Source: Octopus sinensis (Eukaryota). From it: a DNA stretch of 64,000 bases. Below, piece by piece: positions 50,701 to 63,719 of the stretch (positions are counted from its first letter, which is position 1; each line of letters starts with the position of its first letter). Under the pieces are notes generated by a model. The model did no database searches and was not told the origin of the DNA. It saw nothing but the letters and a program-made list of their open reading frames with translations. Location of the stretch: NCBI RefSeq assembly GCF_006345805.1, contig NC_043010.1:33728001-33792000 (forward strand). Reading direction: 5' to 3'. Both the position numbers and the translations under genes were made by a program.

Positions 50701-51739
50701 CTAATAGTAAACATACTATAGACAAAAAAAAAAAAAATGCACACATACAGGTTTAGTATAACAACTTGATTACATTGTTACCACGTATGTATGTATGTGT
50801 GTATGTATACATTCACACAGATCTGATTTAGTTTGACGAATGAATGTATAAAGTAGATACGAAGAAATTTGATTCTTTTCTATAGTATAAATTACCCACT
50901 TATATCTAAACTTTACAACTCCCAAGTATTGTGACAGTTCAGTTTCAGTTTTTCTTGTTATTTTGCAATTTTATTTTATTATATCTTTTTTTAATTTAAA
51001 ATTTTTTTTCTGACCAACAGATCTGTAAAAGAAGGGTGTGGAATTGTGTGAGTTGAGTGGTATGTGATCAGAGAGATTGTGTGGTGGTGACGTTCATGCC
51101 TTTCTCAAGGACAACAAACTACGTCGCATAAAATGACTTTGGGGTTCATTGTTTGTTTGTTTAGATTTCGTTAGAGAGAGAGAGAGAGACTCGGAAATGT
51201 GCTTCTTTTTTGTTGTGGTTGTCCAGATCAACCTTGATCAGTAGAAAAAAAAAACTATGATCAAAAGTATTCCAGTCACAATCGTCTCGTCTTTTTCTAG
51301 GAATATGTAGGACGTATATTGTCTAATGGGCATAATTACTTAAGTGTGCCACTTCCTCACCGACTTTGTTTCCTCATAACTTTAATATAAATGTATATCT
51401 TTTAATGAATTTTTCTTCAAATACCTTTCAGATAGTATAGATTACGATTATCTTGAGATTTATTGTGTGGTGGGAGAATTGGTGGCCGTGCACATATACT
51501 GATACATATGTATATAGCTGCGAAATGAAACTCGAAAGTTTGAACAAAATTATGCGCGCCCTTCAATTATTCGATTTTATTTTACATTAAATTCTGGATA
51601 TAATTGTAATCTACACCACCTGAAAGGTATTTGTAGAAAATTTCATTAAAAAAATATCCATTTTCTGGAAGGTGTGAAGAAACCAAGTCCGTGAGGGCAC
51701 GTATGCGTAGGTATGTCATCTAATATTGTTTGTATTTTA

Positions 51740-51998
51740 AGGGGTTCTCAACCATTTTTTTTTTTTTACCCATATACCCCATTGATTCCTATTTTATTAG
51801 GATAAACCCTCATAGCCATCGATGTTTAAAAATCCTATTTTTGTTTTGTTATGAAATATTATTAGGAATTGTATCTTAAAAATTGGTAAAATATTTTTTG
51901 TATTGTAGAAGTATAACTAATTTATCGCTCGTAATTTTTAACAACAAAATCTTATATGGATCCCGAAAGGTCATGTGGACCCCGGTTGAGAACCAGTG
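51740..51998. mobile_element. hAT-like MITE, same family as 12547-13480
   Basis: ggggttctcaacc / ggttgagaacc termini and shared internal sequence. Confidence 0.7.
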
Positions 51999-52398
51999 TT
52001 TTAGATAGTATGTTTGTGGTTTGGGTTAGAGATTTTCTAGCTAGCTTTTCAACCACTTAATTACTTCCTGGACTCTTTTTGCGGCCACAGAAATAAACAA
52101 GATGGACAGTCTCAAGTGTAACAGATACTGTTTCTCTGCATTCAGTTAGTATTTGCTTTGAGAGGAATAATTATAATTCATGATGACTAGAATTCAGATT
52201 TGACTTTAAAAAAGTTTGTTCAGTAACAAAAGAAATAACGATTTATTGGTTTTATGCCAGTTTCGGGGTTTGGGTTTGTTTGCATAGAAAATACCAAAAA
52301 AATGCTATAAAGAGAAATTGAAACTGAACAATTAGTTAGAAATTCTGTGCGTTTTCACATACGTGGTATGTTGTTAATTGTCAAGCTAAACTAAATTA

Positions 52399-53185
52399 GG
52401 ATCTTTTCCTTTTGAACGGCAGTTTTCAACACAATTTCTAGTTAACTAAACACTTTTAAACTTCGTATACTGGTAGAATGTGTTTATAAAACAATTTTTT
52501 CTTGGCTTTATTGAGAAAATTCTATATGTTGTAACATATTTCGACTTTAATTTCGAGCATTTCGGCAATTTTAACCAATCGCTGACCTCCATTGGCGTAA
52601 ACAACATTCCGTGCTGTATGAATATGTCCCTCGTTTAAGAAACAGATTGGGTTTATTTACATTTGCGAAGAAAAAAAAGATACCCTTCCCCCACCCTAAC
52701 ACTAACCATAACTCTAACCCTAACCCTAAAATAGATTGAAATACAATAGATCGATACTAGGGTTATAATTATGGGTAACAATTTCATTTGACACCGCTAG
52801 AAAAAAATCCCATTTCCGTAGCGGTGTCGTATGAAATTGTCACCCATAATTATAACCCTAGTATCGATCTATTACATTTCAATCTATTTTAGGGTTAGGG
52901 TATCTTTTTTTCTTCGCAAATGTAAATAAACCCAATCTGTTTCTTAAACGAGGGACATATTCATACAGCACGGAATGTTGTTTACATCAATGGAGGTCAG
53001 CATTTGGTTAAAATTGCCGAAATGCTCGAAATTAAAGTCAAAATATGTTACAACATATAGAATTTTCTCAATAAAACCAAGAAAAAATGATGTTTTATAA
53101 ACACATTCTACCAGTATACGAAGTCTAAAAGTGTTTAGTTAACTAGAAATTGTGTTGAAAACTGCCATTCAAAAGGAAAAGATCC
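52399..53185. mobile_element. Palindromic derivative of the Merlin-like MITE (787 bp)
   Basis: Two inverted copies of the left ~390 bp of the 29682 family joined by a ~19-nt loop; 8-bp TSD ctaaatta/ctaactta. Confidence 0.88.
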
Positions 53186-53435
53186 CTAACTTAGTATGTA
53201 AGTATATGTGTATGTTCGTGTATGTATATACATAATACAATGCATTCAGTTGTCATGCTAACCTAGATGTGTACAGATATGCGTTTTTCTGTGGTTTAGT
53301 ATATTTACTATTTTGTGAGATACGTTTGTAGGAAACGGCTATGTACAGACTGACCGGTCATAAAACGTGTGCATGTATTGCTTACTGTCGAAGGAATGAA
53401 GATAGAGTGCTTGTAAACATGTAGAGGATATGGAA

Positions 53436-54969
53436 TCTTACTATAATTGGCCTTATGTCCGTTTGTTCGTGACCTTTTCACGGCCAAACGACTGGTCACA
53501 CTTGCACGAAACTTGTCAGTCTTAGTAAGAACGTCTCGAGAATGGTTTATATCATATTTTAAAAATTTTATTGGAAAGACTTGTTACACTGCTTCGATTC
53601 GTACGAAACCAAGGAAGCCATTTCCGTAAAAGATTTTTTATTTCTTTCCTTTCTCTGTGTGTGGCAGGAAAGGGACATCGTTCGACAGGAAGTGTGTTGA
53701 TAGGTGTGCGACAGAAAGTGACACAGAGAGAGACAGACAGACAGAAAGAGTAAAAGACTGTGTGTGCGTTTCTTTTAACCCCATCAACACACTTCCTCTA
53801 CAACGATGTCGATTTGGTACAGTACTCAGGAGAAAAAAAAAATAAATAGTGACAGACACAGAATGAAAGACAAACACAGACATACACAAAGAGAAACAGA
53901 GAGAAAGACAGTGTCTGTGTCCGGTTATTTTAACCCCATCAACACACTTCCTGTACAACAATGTCAAATTGCAATGCAATTGAAGCCATCTCTCAATATG
54001 AGAGTACAGAATTCTCCTGATGCAACTTTCATGACCTGTCTGAGCAACATCGGATCTGGAAACTGTTCGTATATTGAACCACTGAGAAACACAATTCAAA
54101 TTTGGCAGGAATTGATACTGGAAACTTCATTCCAGAATATGCACATTCGTTTTTGAGGCTTTAACTGAACAGTACAAAGACGCATCATGATTCATGAGCT
54201 GTTATAGCTTCTACCAATGAAGTGGTCAATAATGTTAATGGCCACATGATTAACAACTTCCCAGGAGAAAGTCAACAATCTAAGTTCAGACACTATAGTC
54301 GATGGAAATTGTCACCAGTACCCACAGGATTTCCGTAACAACTTGAATCCATCGGGACTACCTATGCATAGGATCTCACTGAAAAAGTACTGTCCTATAA
54401 TGCTTCTACCAAATTTTGACCCTGCCAATGGACATTGTAACAGAACAAGATACACCGTCATGCAACTCAATTCTCACGTCATCGAGGCAGTAATAGCAAT
54501 TGGCTCTCACAGTGGTAAGCGCCTGTTCATACCTCAGATACCACCGGTACCCTCCGACAACCAGTTTCCCTTCCAATTATGACACAGGCTAGTTTCCCAT
54601 CAAACTAGCCTTCTCATTCACATCTAACAAGTTTCAGGGCCAGAATTTAGATCGTGTTGGTGTGTTTCTGCCCACTCCGATGTTTACACACAGCCAGTTT
54701 CATGTCGCTATGAGCAGAGCAACAGACTCAGCTAATTTGAAAATTAGTGTTGATCAAACACAAAATATCGTTTACAAAGAAGTTTTGTAAACATAATAAT
54801 ATCATGAATATGTACTATATAAAGCCGTACATAAGTATAATCAAAACCAACCGTTATTTATATTTTGTTACATTTCTCATGTCATCTTTCAGTATAAATA
54901 CATTCATACTTCAAGTTGTTATTTTCCACCATCCTTTCATTTCCCATCGTAGATGGGTAGGATTGCTAC
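53436..54969 (+). mobile_element. Internally deleted Helitron retaining the PIF1-type helicase C-terminus
   Basis: A|TC 5' end; LNPSGLPMHRISLK.YCPIMLL.NFDPANGHCN.TRY, FPIKLAF..T.NK.QGQ.LDRVG, NIVYKEVL*; 3' hairpin cccatc-gta-gatggg then CTAC|T (consensus CTRR). Confidence 0.85.
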
Positions 54970-56816
54970 TGAAATTGAAATTGAGTGACTTTGTGTGTTT
55001 GAGTTTTAGGTATATGTGTGTATGCGAAAGAAATCATCCACTTCCTTCGTCACCCCTTTTAGAAGTAATATGGAATTGCAATGTAAAAACCAAAACGATA
55101 TCATTTGATGACATCCTTTCTCTTTGATTTCATTGTCCAGATAATGTCAGTATGTCATGCCTATTCTTTCTTTCCCTTCGCCCTCATCTCTTCACTGACC
55201 AGTGGTGGCTCATAGATAAAATTAGTGGAGGTGCTGCTTCAGAAAATTTTCAGCCGTTGTTTTAATATTGTGTAAAAGGAAACAAAGAGATAGAATATTT
55301 ATGCATTTGATCAGTTTGAATTTTAGCCACTGCTGGGTACTGTGTTTAATTTGCTCACTGAACACTGCCACAAATTCCCCCTTGTTTTTCAAAAATTCCC
55401 CCATAATCACAAAATAGGTGGGATGGGGTACTGTCCTATTTTTCAAATCCTGGCAGTAACACTGAAACTGGAAGCTGGATAATAATCTAATTATATACTT
55501 TTTTTTTTAAGCACAATTCATGGGGAGTCAAAAAGAAACACTACCTTTCATTGCATGAACCACAGTGCTCTCTCTCCCTAGTGTGCAGCTTCCTATCTCA
55601 AACATGTGAGCATGCACACAACAGCCAAACACCGCATCGCTGGAACTGTGAAGTGCACAGTTCGGTAGAAGGAATTTTGTATTTTTTTCGTAAACTAGGG
55701 GATGGCTACTGACATTAAGCTTAAGGATTATATAATGTACAAGTATAAAGAAAGAATTAAAGAAAAAAGGACTCATTATATTGAATGTTATTGATAATAG
55801 CAAGTGGAAATGGAGTGTGCTGCAGTTCTGCCACTGTCACTGACTGTTTCATTTATCTGTTCACATATGTGTTTGCAGGAGTGGCTCTATGGTAAGTAGC
55901 TTGCTTACCAACCACATGGTATGGGTCGTACAAATCGTTACTGCTCTCTGAGATCATATGGGAGGGCCACATCTTGTTTGCGAGTTTCATTTTCAGCTTG
56001 GTTTCTACAGCTGGATATCCACCAACCACTTCATAGGCTGTATTAAGTGCATTCTTCTTTGGCACTAGCTTTAGAGAGGGTCACATTTTCCACAAGGCAG
56101 TTAAGTATGGGGATCTTCTCAATCTACACTTGGCAGTGTATTGGGTGCATTTTATCATGGTACCATCATTAGGAAGGATAGTGATGAAAGAGTGGTGGAT
56201 AAATAGTGAGAGGAAGTGATGGACTTTGATAGTAAATGATCAAGGAACAGTACAGATAGTGTATAGGGTACATACAAGTTTGATGAGGTCCATTATGCAT
56301 ATAATTTGAGGTGGGTGAGAGAGCTAGAGTGATAAGAAAAAATGGAGAAGCGAATTGTCAGATAAAGGGTCAGTACTTGTACCAGTGCTGCATAAAAATA
56401 TCTGGTTCACTCTGTAAAGCGGTTAGCATTAGGAAGGGCATCTAGCCATAGAAACCATACCAAAACAGACATAATGCCTGGCCAGCTCCTGTCAAACTGT
56501 CTGACCCCACAGACATGGAAAATAGACATTAAATGATGGTTGTGTGTGTTTTATTCAAAACATGTGCATTATATAGAAAACAATGAGTCCAGCAAAGCAT
56601 TGTTTCTCTTTAGGACATGTGTACACACACACATTTGCTTGTCTTTTGACATCATTTTCCATTGATTTATTTTGCTGCTGCTTATTGTATACATTCGTTG
56701 TACCCATTTAAACCCTTTTTCTTTCTCCAAGGATAATTTTTTTGCCATCATTCTTCTTTCCTGACTAATTATTTTACCAACTCTACCTCCACACCCTCAC
56801 AGAAATTTCCCCTCTC

Positions 56817-57218
56817 AGAAACGTTAGCACGCCGGTCGAAATGCTTAGCAGTATTTCGTCTGCTGCTATGTTCTGAGTTCAAATTCCACCGAGGTCAACT
56901 TTGCCTTTCATCCTTTCGGGGTCAATTAAATAAGTACCAGTTATGCACTGGGGTCAGTATAATCGATTCAATCTGTTTATCAGTCCCTGTTTGTCCCCTC
57001 TGTGTGTAGCCCCTTGTGGGCAGTAAAGAAATAGGTATTTCGTCTGCCTTTACGTTCTGAGTTCAAATTCCGCCGAGGTTGACTTTGCTTTTCATGTTTT
57101 CAGGGTTGATAAATTAAGTACCAGTTACGCACTGGGGTCAATCTAATCGACTTAATCCATTTGTCTGTCCTTGTTTGTCCATTCTATGTTTAGCCCCTGT
57201 GGGTAGTAAAGAAATAAA
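56817..57218 (+). mobile_element. Dimeric family B SINE with a 14-bp TSD; other family B copies on minus at ~20520-20670, 39640-39840, 47905-48030
   Basis: TSD aaatttcccctctc at 56803-56816 and 57219-57232; the body ttctgagttcaaattcc...tgcctttcatcctttcggggtc occurs twice. Confidence 0.88.
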
Positions 57219-58356
57219 AAATTTCCCCTCTCCTGATTCATTTTCTTCTCCTTATTCTTCCTTTCTCTCTGTTTTCTTTTCTTCTACTTCCCTTCTTATT
57301 CTCCTTTTCTCTTACTTTCATGCTGCCATGTTGCACTCTACAACTAACATCCCTTCCTACTTTATGCTTTACTCTTCTTCCCTCCTCCTTGCTTCATAAT
57401 TCCGTCTTTACTCTTCTTTGGCTTCCCATCTCACACCTCCACCTAATGATCCTGCCCCTTTTATTACAATTGTTGAGTGGTTCTACAGAAGACACTCTGG
57501 CCAGGGCATATGCAGTTATTGGACTCTATGCTGAAGCATTACCTTGAAGATAGTCAAGCAAATCAATCCCAGTATTTATTCTATGAGTCTCTGTTGCCAC
57601 ACTGCCTAGTTACAGAGACATAAACAACCCAACAGTGGTTGACAAGCAGTAGTAGGACACACACACACACACACGAGTGGCTTCCTCACAGTTCCTATCT
57701 ACCAAATTTCACACACAAGGCATTGTTAGGCCCAGAGGTATAGTAGAAGATACTTGCCCGAGGTGCCACAGAGTGGGATTGAACCTGAAGAAAGCATGAT
57801 TGCAAAAGCAAGCTTCTTAACTACTCGGCCATAAGTGCCCAAGATTGGAATCAGTTGCCCAAGATTGGAACTGAGAAACTCCAAGAATCAACTTGTGCAA
57901 CCTCAGTGTTGAGCAAATGTTATTTCACTCTATTTAACAATATCAAGTACTTTTGTTTTCTTCCTCTCATTTCTTTTCAATTCACACTAGTCATGTTACT
58001 ATCTAGTCTTACTAAATGGCAAATCAGCCTCACTTCATTAGTATTACTATCATGGTAAAGTGTACTCGTTACACTCGGTAAATTAATCAGCAAACTAGCA
58101 GATGCAACATAAGGTTGATAGGGCCTTATGGTTTTATCAAGGACATGACAATCTCTCAACTGCCTGGTGTTGTTTGTGGAGATTACCTCTTTTTTTTCAT
58201 TGATGGTATCTGAATGCATGTGAATATATTCTACACTAACTGGTGCAGTCACCAATATCTGAGACACATTATTTTACTATGTTCTTATGTGTATGTGACT
58301 AACCCATGCTAGCATGGAAAAACGGACGTTAAACGATGATGATGATGATATATATA

Positions 58357-59119
58357 TTGGGTCATCCCATAAATAATGCAGTTGTTTTCAATTGCATCAA
58401 CTTGCTTTAAAAGCGTGTTGTAATTTTACCATGTCCTTATTCTTAGTGCAAGTTTTGAAGAGTGCAGTTCAATTTTGAGTTATTTTTTCAAAGCTATAAT
58501 GGGAGTGACAATGCATATTCAGCATCTTTTGTTTTATGAGTTCAAGGCAACAATGCAACAGAAAGTGTGAGGAATATTAATGCAGTATATGGAGATCGGA
58601 GAATAAGCATAAGCCAGTGTCAATGGTGGTTCCAGAAATTAAAAGCCGGAGACTACAGCCTAGAAGACCTGTCAAGCTCAATGAGGACATAGTGCAAACC
58701 CTGGTGGAACAAAATCTCTTCGTAACTGTTGAGGAACTAGCAGAGAAGCTTGGATTTGGTCATTCAACTAGTTGTTCAAGTCAGCACTAGAAAAAATACA
58801 ACTATCTTTGGTTTCAAGATGAAAGGTATTCTTCCTTCAGGATAATGCTCAGCCACATACAGTGAGGATGACATTCCAAAGGCTGGAGCAGTTTGAATGG
58901 GAAACGATGCCCCACACACTATATTCACTGGAAATTGCCCCCAACTGATTATCAATTATTCTGCAGTCTTCAAAATCATTTGAACAGAAAAAATATGAAT
59001 TCTGTAGACGAGGTCAAAACAGTACTAGAGGAGTATTTTTTTTTTGTCGAATTTTGTTTATCTTAATTTCGATAAATAAAAGAAGTATAAAAAACTACAT
59101 TATTTATGGGATAACCCAA
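58357..59119 (+). mobile_element. Internally deleted mariner element
   Basis: TIRs ttgggtcatcccataaataatg / cattatttatgggataacccaa with TA flanks; remnants include QDNAQPHTVRMTFQRLEQFEWETMPH. Confidence 0.88.
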
Positions 59120-59623
59120 TATTTCACATGATTAACTCCCATAACCATTAATATCTGAAATCTATTATGTTGTCATAGGTATTTTTATTGAAATCTTTCT
59201 TTCCATGTAGCTTGCTTCTTTTATTCAATTTTCTAGGTCACATTGTATAGGCTATGTTGAATAGAGTGGAATTGTAAATTTAATGTTGCCGTCCTTGCTA
59301 GTAGGGTGCAAAGAGCACCATACGAGCATGATCATTGATAGAGCGGCTAACCGGCTTCCGTGCCAGTGTCACTTAAAGGGCACCATTCGAGCGTGATCGT
59401 TACCAGTGTTGCCTTACTGGCACCTGTGCTGGTGGCACGTAAAAAGCACCCACTACACTCTCGGAGTGGTTGGCATTAGGAAGGGCATCCAGCTGTAGAA
59501 ACTCTGCCAAATCAAGATTGGAGCCTGGTGCAGCCATCTGGTTCGCCAGCCCTCAGTCAAAATCGTCCAACCCATGCTAGCATGGAAAGCGGACGTTAAA
59601 CGATGATGATGATGTTATATATA

Positions 59624-60824
59624 CAGGAGTTGGACAAAATAATTGGAACACGTGTTAAATTCAATGAATATGTATTTAATATGGAGTTAGCCCTCCTTTA
59701 GCTTTCTGAACAGCTTCGATGCATCTAGGAATTGATTGATACAGCTTTCTGACTTCATTGAGATTCATTCTTTTGCAAAAGCTGCTGTTGCAGACAGTGG
59801 AGGGTAATGACCTCTAACTTATTGCTCCAAAATGCACCACATATGATCAATAATATTAAGATCTGGAGATTGACAGGTGTCACTCTATGTGTTGTAGCTC
59901 ACTACTATGCTCTTCATACCAGTTCTTAACTACATGAGAGGTGTGTATTGGAGCATCATCATCTTGGAAACTGCACTTACCATTGAGGAATAATGTCTGG
60001 ACGATGGGAAGGACTTGATTTCCAAAAATATTCAGTAATCATTGCTGTTGATCCTACTGTGCAGGGAAACGATTGGACCAAGAGAATTCCAAGAAATGGC
60101 TGCCCAAATCATCACAGCCCCTCCTCCATGCTTCACTGTAAGAAGAAAACAGTCAGGATTAAAAGCTTCCCAAGGCTGCCTGCATACATAAACTTCCCCT
60201 GCAGTGGGGAAAAGAGAACTAGACTCGTTTGAGAATATTACTTGCTTCCATTGGTCTGTTGACCAACTCTTGTGATTTCTATGCCAGTTCAGCCTTTTCT
60301 GAATGTTTTGATGAGAAAGCAGCGGTTTCCTGATGGCAGTTCTTCCGTGATATCTGGTTTTATTGAGCTCATGGCAAACATTTTTGGTCGAAACTGGACT
60401 AGTCAGATGTTGATTCAACTCTGCAGTCACTTTAGGGGCAGTTGTCCAGTGATTTTTTTTCATCACAATATGATTCAGTAAGCTTTGAAGTCCTGCCGGA
60501 CTTACTCCTCCTGCTGGAAGATTTGCCCTGCTTCTCAAATTCACTCACAGTCTCGAAAAACCAAGGAGTTCGGTTGTTCTGTTGACAGAAGCTCCTGCCA
60601 TTCGAGCTCCAACAATTTGCACTTTTTCAAATTCAGTGAGGTCACACATCTTAGCTTAATTTATACTACAATCTGAAAAAGAGATAGAAATGATCTTAAA
60701 TTAGATAAATAAAACCATCTGCAAAAAAAAAAAAATGAAATTTGAATGGATATTCATAATATAACGGCTCATTGAAATATTGGAGTTAAATTTCTAATGT
60801 TCCAATTATTTACTCCAATCCCTG
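59624..60824 (-). mobile_element. Near full-length decayed Tc1-like element
   Basis: ~27-bp TIRs with TA flanks; ORF 60032-60544 with RKPLLS..NIQKRLNW...W..VIFSNES and TVKHGGGAVMIWAAI. Confidence 0.92.
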
Positions 60825-60978
60825 TATATCATCATTTAACATCCGTTGTCCATGCTGGCATGGATTGGCCGGTTTGACTGGGCTGGCATGCTAGAAGGCT
60901 GCACCAGACTCCAGTCTGATTTTGCTTGGTTTTCTATGGTTGGATGTCCTTCCTTACGCCAACCACTCCAAGAGTGTA

Positions 60979-61479
60979 CAGTGATCCCTTGCTTATCGCG
61001 GTAGATTAGTTCCAAGACCGGTCACAATAACTGAATTTCCGCAAAATAGAGACACCATATTTACAGTATTTATTTAACGTGTATTTGGACTTTTAAAACC
61101 CTCCCTGTACTGTTAACATCCCACCCATTACAGTAGTTTATTAATAACAAGGACAACTGTTAAGCAATCACACTTTAGATTAAAAAAATAAAAGATTGTT
61201 ACTGTTACACAGGCCAGATTACAAAATACAAAGCTGTGATTCGTCATCTCTCTCCATTGCACCAATCACAGCCTGTCTTAAGTTCAAATACCCCTGTATA
61301 TGCTTTTTTGCTATTTTACGCTTGTTTTGTTGTTCCTAGACTAGGAGATAATATTTATTATTAATATTTTAATAGATTTAATGAAAAATTTTAGGCGTTC
61401 ATATATATATATATATTTTAAAAATCTGCAAAGTCGTGAATCTGCGATAGTTGAACCGCAAAGCAGTGAGGGATCACTG
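60979..61479. mobile_element. Tigger/pogo-like MITE (501 bp)
   Basis: TA-cagtgatccct...agggatcactg-TA, splitting the RTE tail at gagtgta|atgg. Confidence 0.85.
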
Positions 61480-61617
61480 TAATGGATACCTTAACATGCC
61501 ACTGGCACTGATGCCAATTTCCATGGCACCGGTATCTGTCATGGCTGCGATGTTGCTCGGCTTGATAGGTCTTCTCAACCACAACATAATACCAAAGGTC
61601 TTGGTCATTGCCTTTGT

Positions 61618-62185
61618 GAGGCCCAATGCTTGAAAGGAACTCAGCCACTTTGCCTCCACGAGGCCCAACGCTCAAAAGGAACTCAGTCACTTTGCCTCCA
61701 TGAGGCCCAACGCTCGAAAGGAACTCGGCCACTTTGCCTCCGTGAGGCCCAACGCTTGAAAGGAACTCGGCCACTTTGCCTCCGTGAGGCCCTACGCTCG
61801 AAAGGAACTCAGCCACTTTGCCTCCGTGAGGCCCAATGCTTGAAAGGAACTCAACCACTTTGCATCCATGAGGCCCAACGCTCGAAAGGAACTCGGCCAC
61901 TTTGCCTCCGTGAGGCCCAACGCTCGAAAGGAACTTGGCCACTTTGCCTCCGTGAGACCCAACGCTCGAATGGAACTTGGCCACTTTGCCTCTGTGAGGC
62001 CCAACGCTCGAAAGGAACTCGGCCACTTTGCCTCCGTGAGGCCCAACACTTTAAAGGAACTCAGCCACTTTGCCTCCGTGAGGCCCAATGTTCGAAAGGA
62101 ACTCGGCCACTTTGCCTCTGTGAGGCCCTATGCTCAAAAAGAACTTGGCCACTTTGCCTCTGTGAGGCCCAATACTTGAAAGACG
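61618..62185. repeat. 42-bp minisatellite, 13 full copies plus a partial copy
   Basis: Unit gaggcccaacgctcgaaaggaactcggccactttgcctccgt at exact 42-bp periodicity from 61618 to 62164. Confidence 0.97.
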
Positions 62186-63515
62186 TTCTTTACATGCCAC
62201 CAGCATGGGTGCACTTGGCTTGACAGGTCCTCTCAAGCACAGCACATCGCCAAAGGTCTCTGTCACTAGTCATTGCCTCTGTGAGGCTCAAAGTTCAAAG
62301 ATCATGCTTCACCACCTTGTTCCTTGTCTTCCTGGGTCTACCTCTACCACAGGTTCCCCCCACAATTAGATATTATCGCTTCTTTGCACTGCTGTCCTCC
62401 ACCATACACATCACATTTCCACACCGGCACACTCATCTCTTTTGCACACCACATCTGATTCCTCTTATGCCTAACTTTTCTCTCTATGCTTACAATCTGT
62501 CAAACATGCACACTGACATTGCACATCCAGTGAAGCATACTGGCTTCATTTCTTTCTCGCCTACGCATATCCTTGGCTGTCACAGCCCATGTTTCACTGC
62601 CATACAGCATATCTTTTTGCACACAGGCATCAAACAATCAGCCTTTCATTCTGAGAGAGAGGTCCTTTGTTGCTAGCAGGGATAGGAGCTCTCTGAACTT
62701 GTATATATTTCTCATCATTATCGTTGTTTAATGTCTGCCTTCCATATATAAAAGGATTAGAAAACATTGAAAGTAATTTCCATAATAATAACAACGTCCA
62801 CTTTTCTTCACTTGCATGGATTACACAGAATTCATTGAAGTAAATTTTCCACAACTGCATGCCTTTCCTGTCACCAACCCTCACCTGTTTCCAAGTAAAG
62901 CAATATTTCCCCATGTTTTCACAGAAAACAGGAAATAAATGACACTGCTTGTATGATAGTGAAACTCATTTATGTGCTGTCAAGGCAAAGAGTCACCAAG
63001 ACACACACGATGGGCTTCTTTCATTTTCTGTCTACCACATCTGCTCACAAGGCTTTTGTTGGCTCGTCGCTATAGTAGGTGACACTTGTCCAAGGTGCTA
63101 TGTTATGGGACTGAACCCAGAAGCATGTGGTTGGAAAGGAATCCTCTTAACAACACATCCATTGCATAACCTAATTTTCTTCATAATCTTTCATTTAAAA
63201 AAAAAAAAAATGGTTTTCTGCTACTTTTTGAGATAGCCAAACTGACACTGAAGTAAATAATCAACTCGTGAATATCTCAAACAAATGGGATTAAAACAGT
63301 GGCACTGAATTTTTCGATGGTTGGAATATGTTGGTTGAAGGAAGAGGAGGTGATGATGGCATACAGCAATAAAAATCTAATGAAGTACAAGCCTTTTCTA
63401 TGCTTTACTAATTATCTTTGTTGTTGTCTGTCATCAAAACATTTCAGGGGTATGATTTTAATTTATAAAAAAATTTTTTTTTAATAAAAAATATTCTTTT
63501 TGTTACATTTTGCAG

Positions 63516-63584
63516 GCAAATGGCCAGAATTTGGAAGACAGAGCAGTATTGAGTGCATATGGAGAGGAGGACCCATCTCAGCTG
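63516..63584 (+). CDS. Probable 69-nt exon of an unidentified gene; next exon starts at 63679 or 63682
   Basis: ttttgcag| acceptor, CTG|gtacat donor, then a ~95-nt intron with a ctaac branch point and a tagcag acceptor; reading frame ambiguous. Confidence 0.45.
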
Positions 63585-63719
63585 GTACATTTCTGTATCC
63601 CATACAACCATGAGTTTCATGTGCTACCAGAAAGCCAGTCAGCAGCTGTAAGCTAACACTTTGTATCTTTTTTTGTAGCAGGTATTCTGAGAAATTTTAC
63701 CTAGATTTGACATAAAACT

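Larger units (their letters stand above)
60825..62700 (-). mobile_element. RTE LINE 3' region carrying a MITE and a minisatellite
   Basis: MLYGSETWAVT motif at ~62570-62610; the 3'UTR resumes on both sides of the TA-flanked MITE. Confidence 0.85.

Noticed and set aside
61618-62185. CRISPR-like regular repeat array
   Set aside because: The units are contiguous with no unique spacers, there are no cas genes, and the context is eukaryotic; it is a minisatellite.
61418-62223. 197-202 aa ORFs as host genes
   Set aside because: They arise because the 42-bp unit is a multiple of 3; there are no splice or promoter signals.
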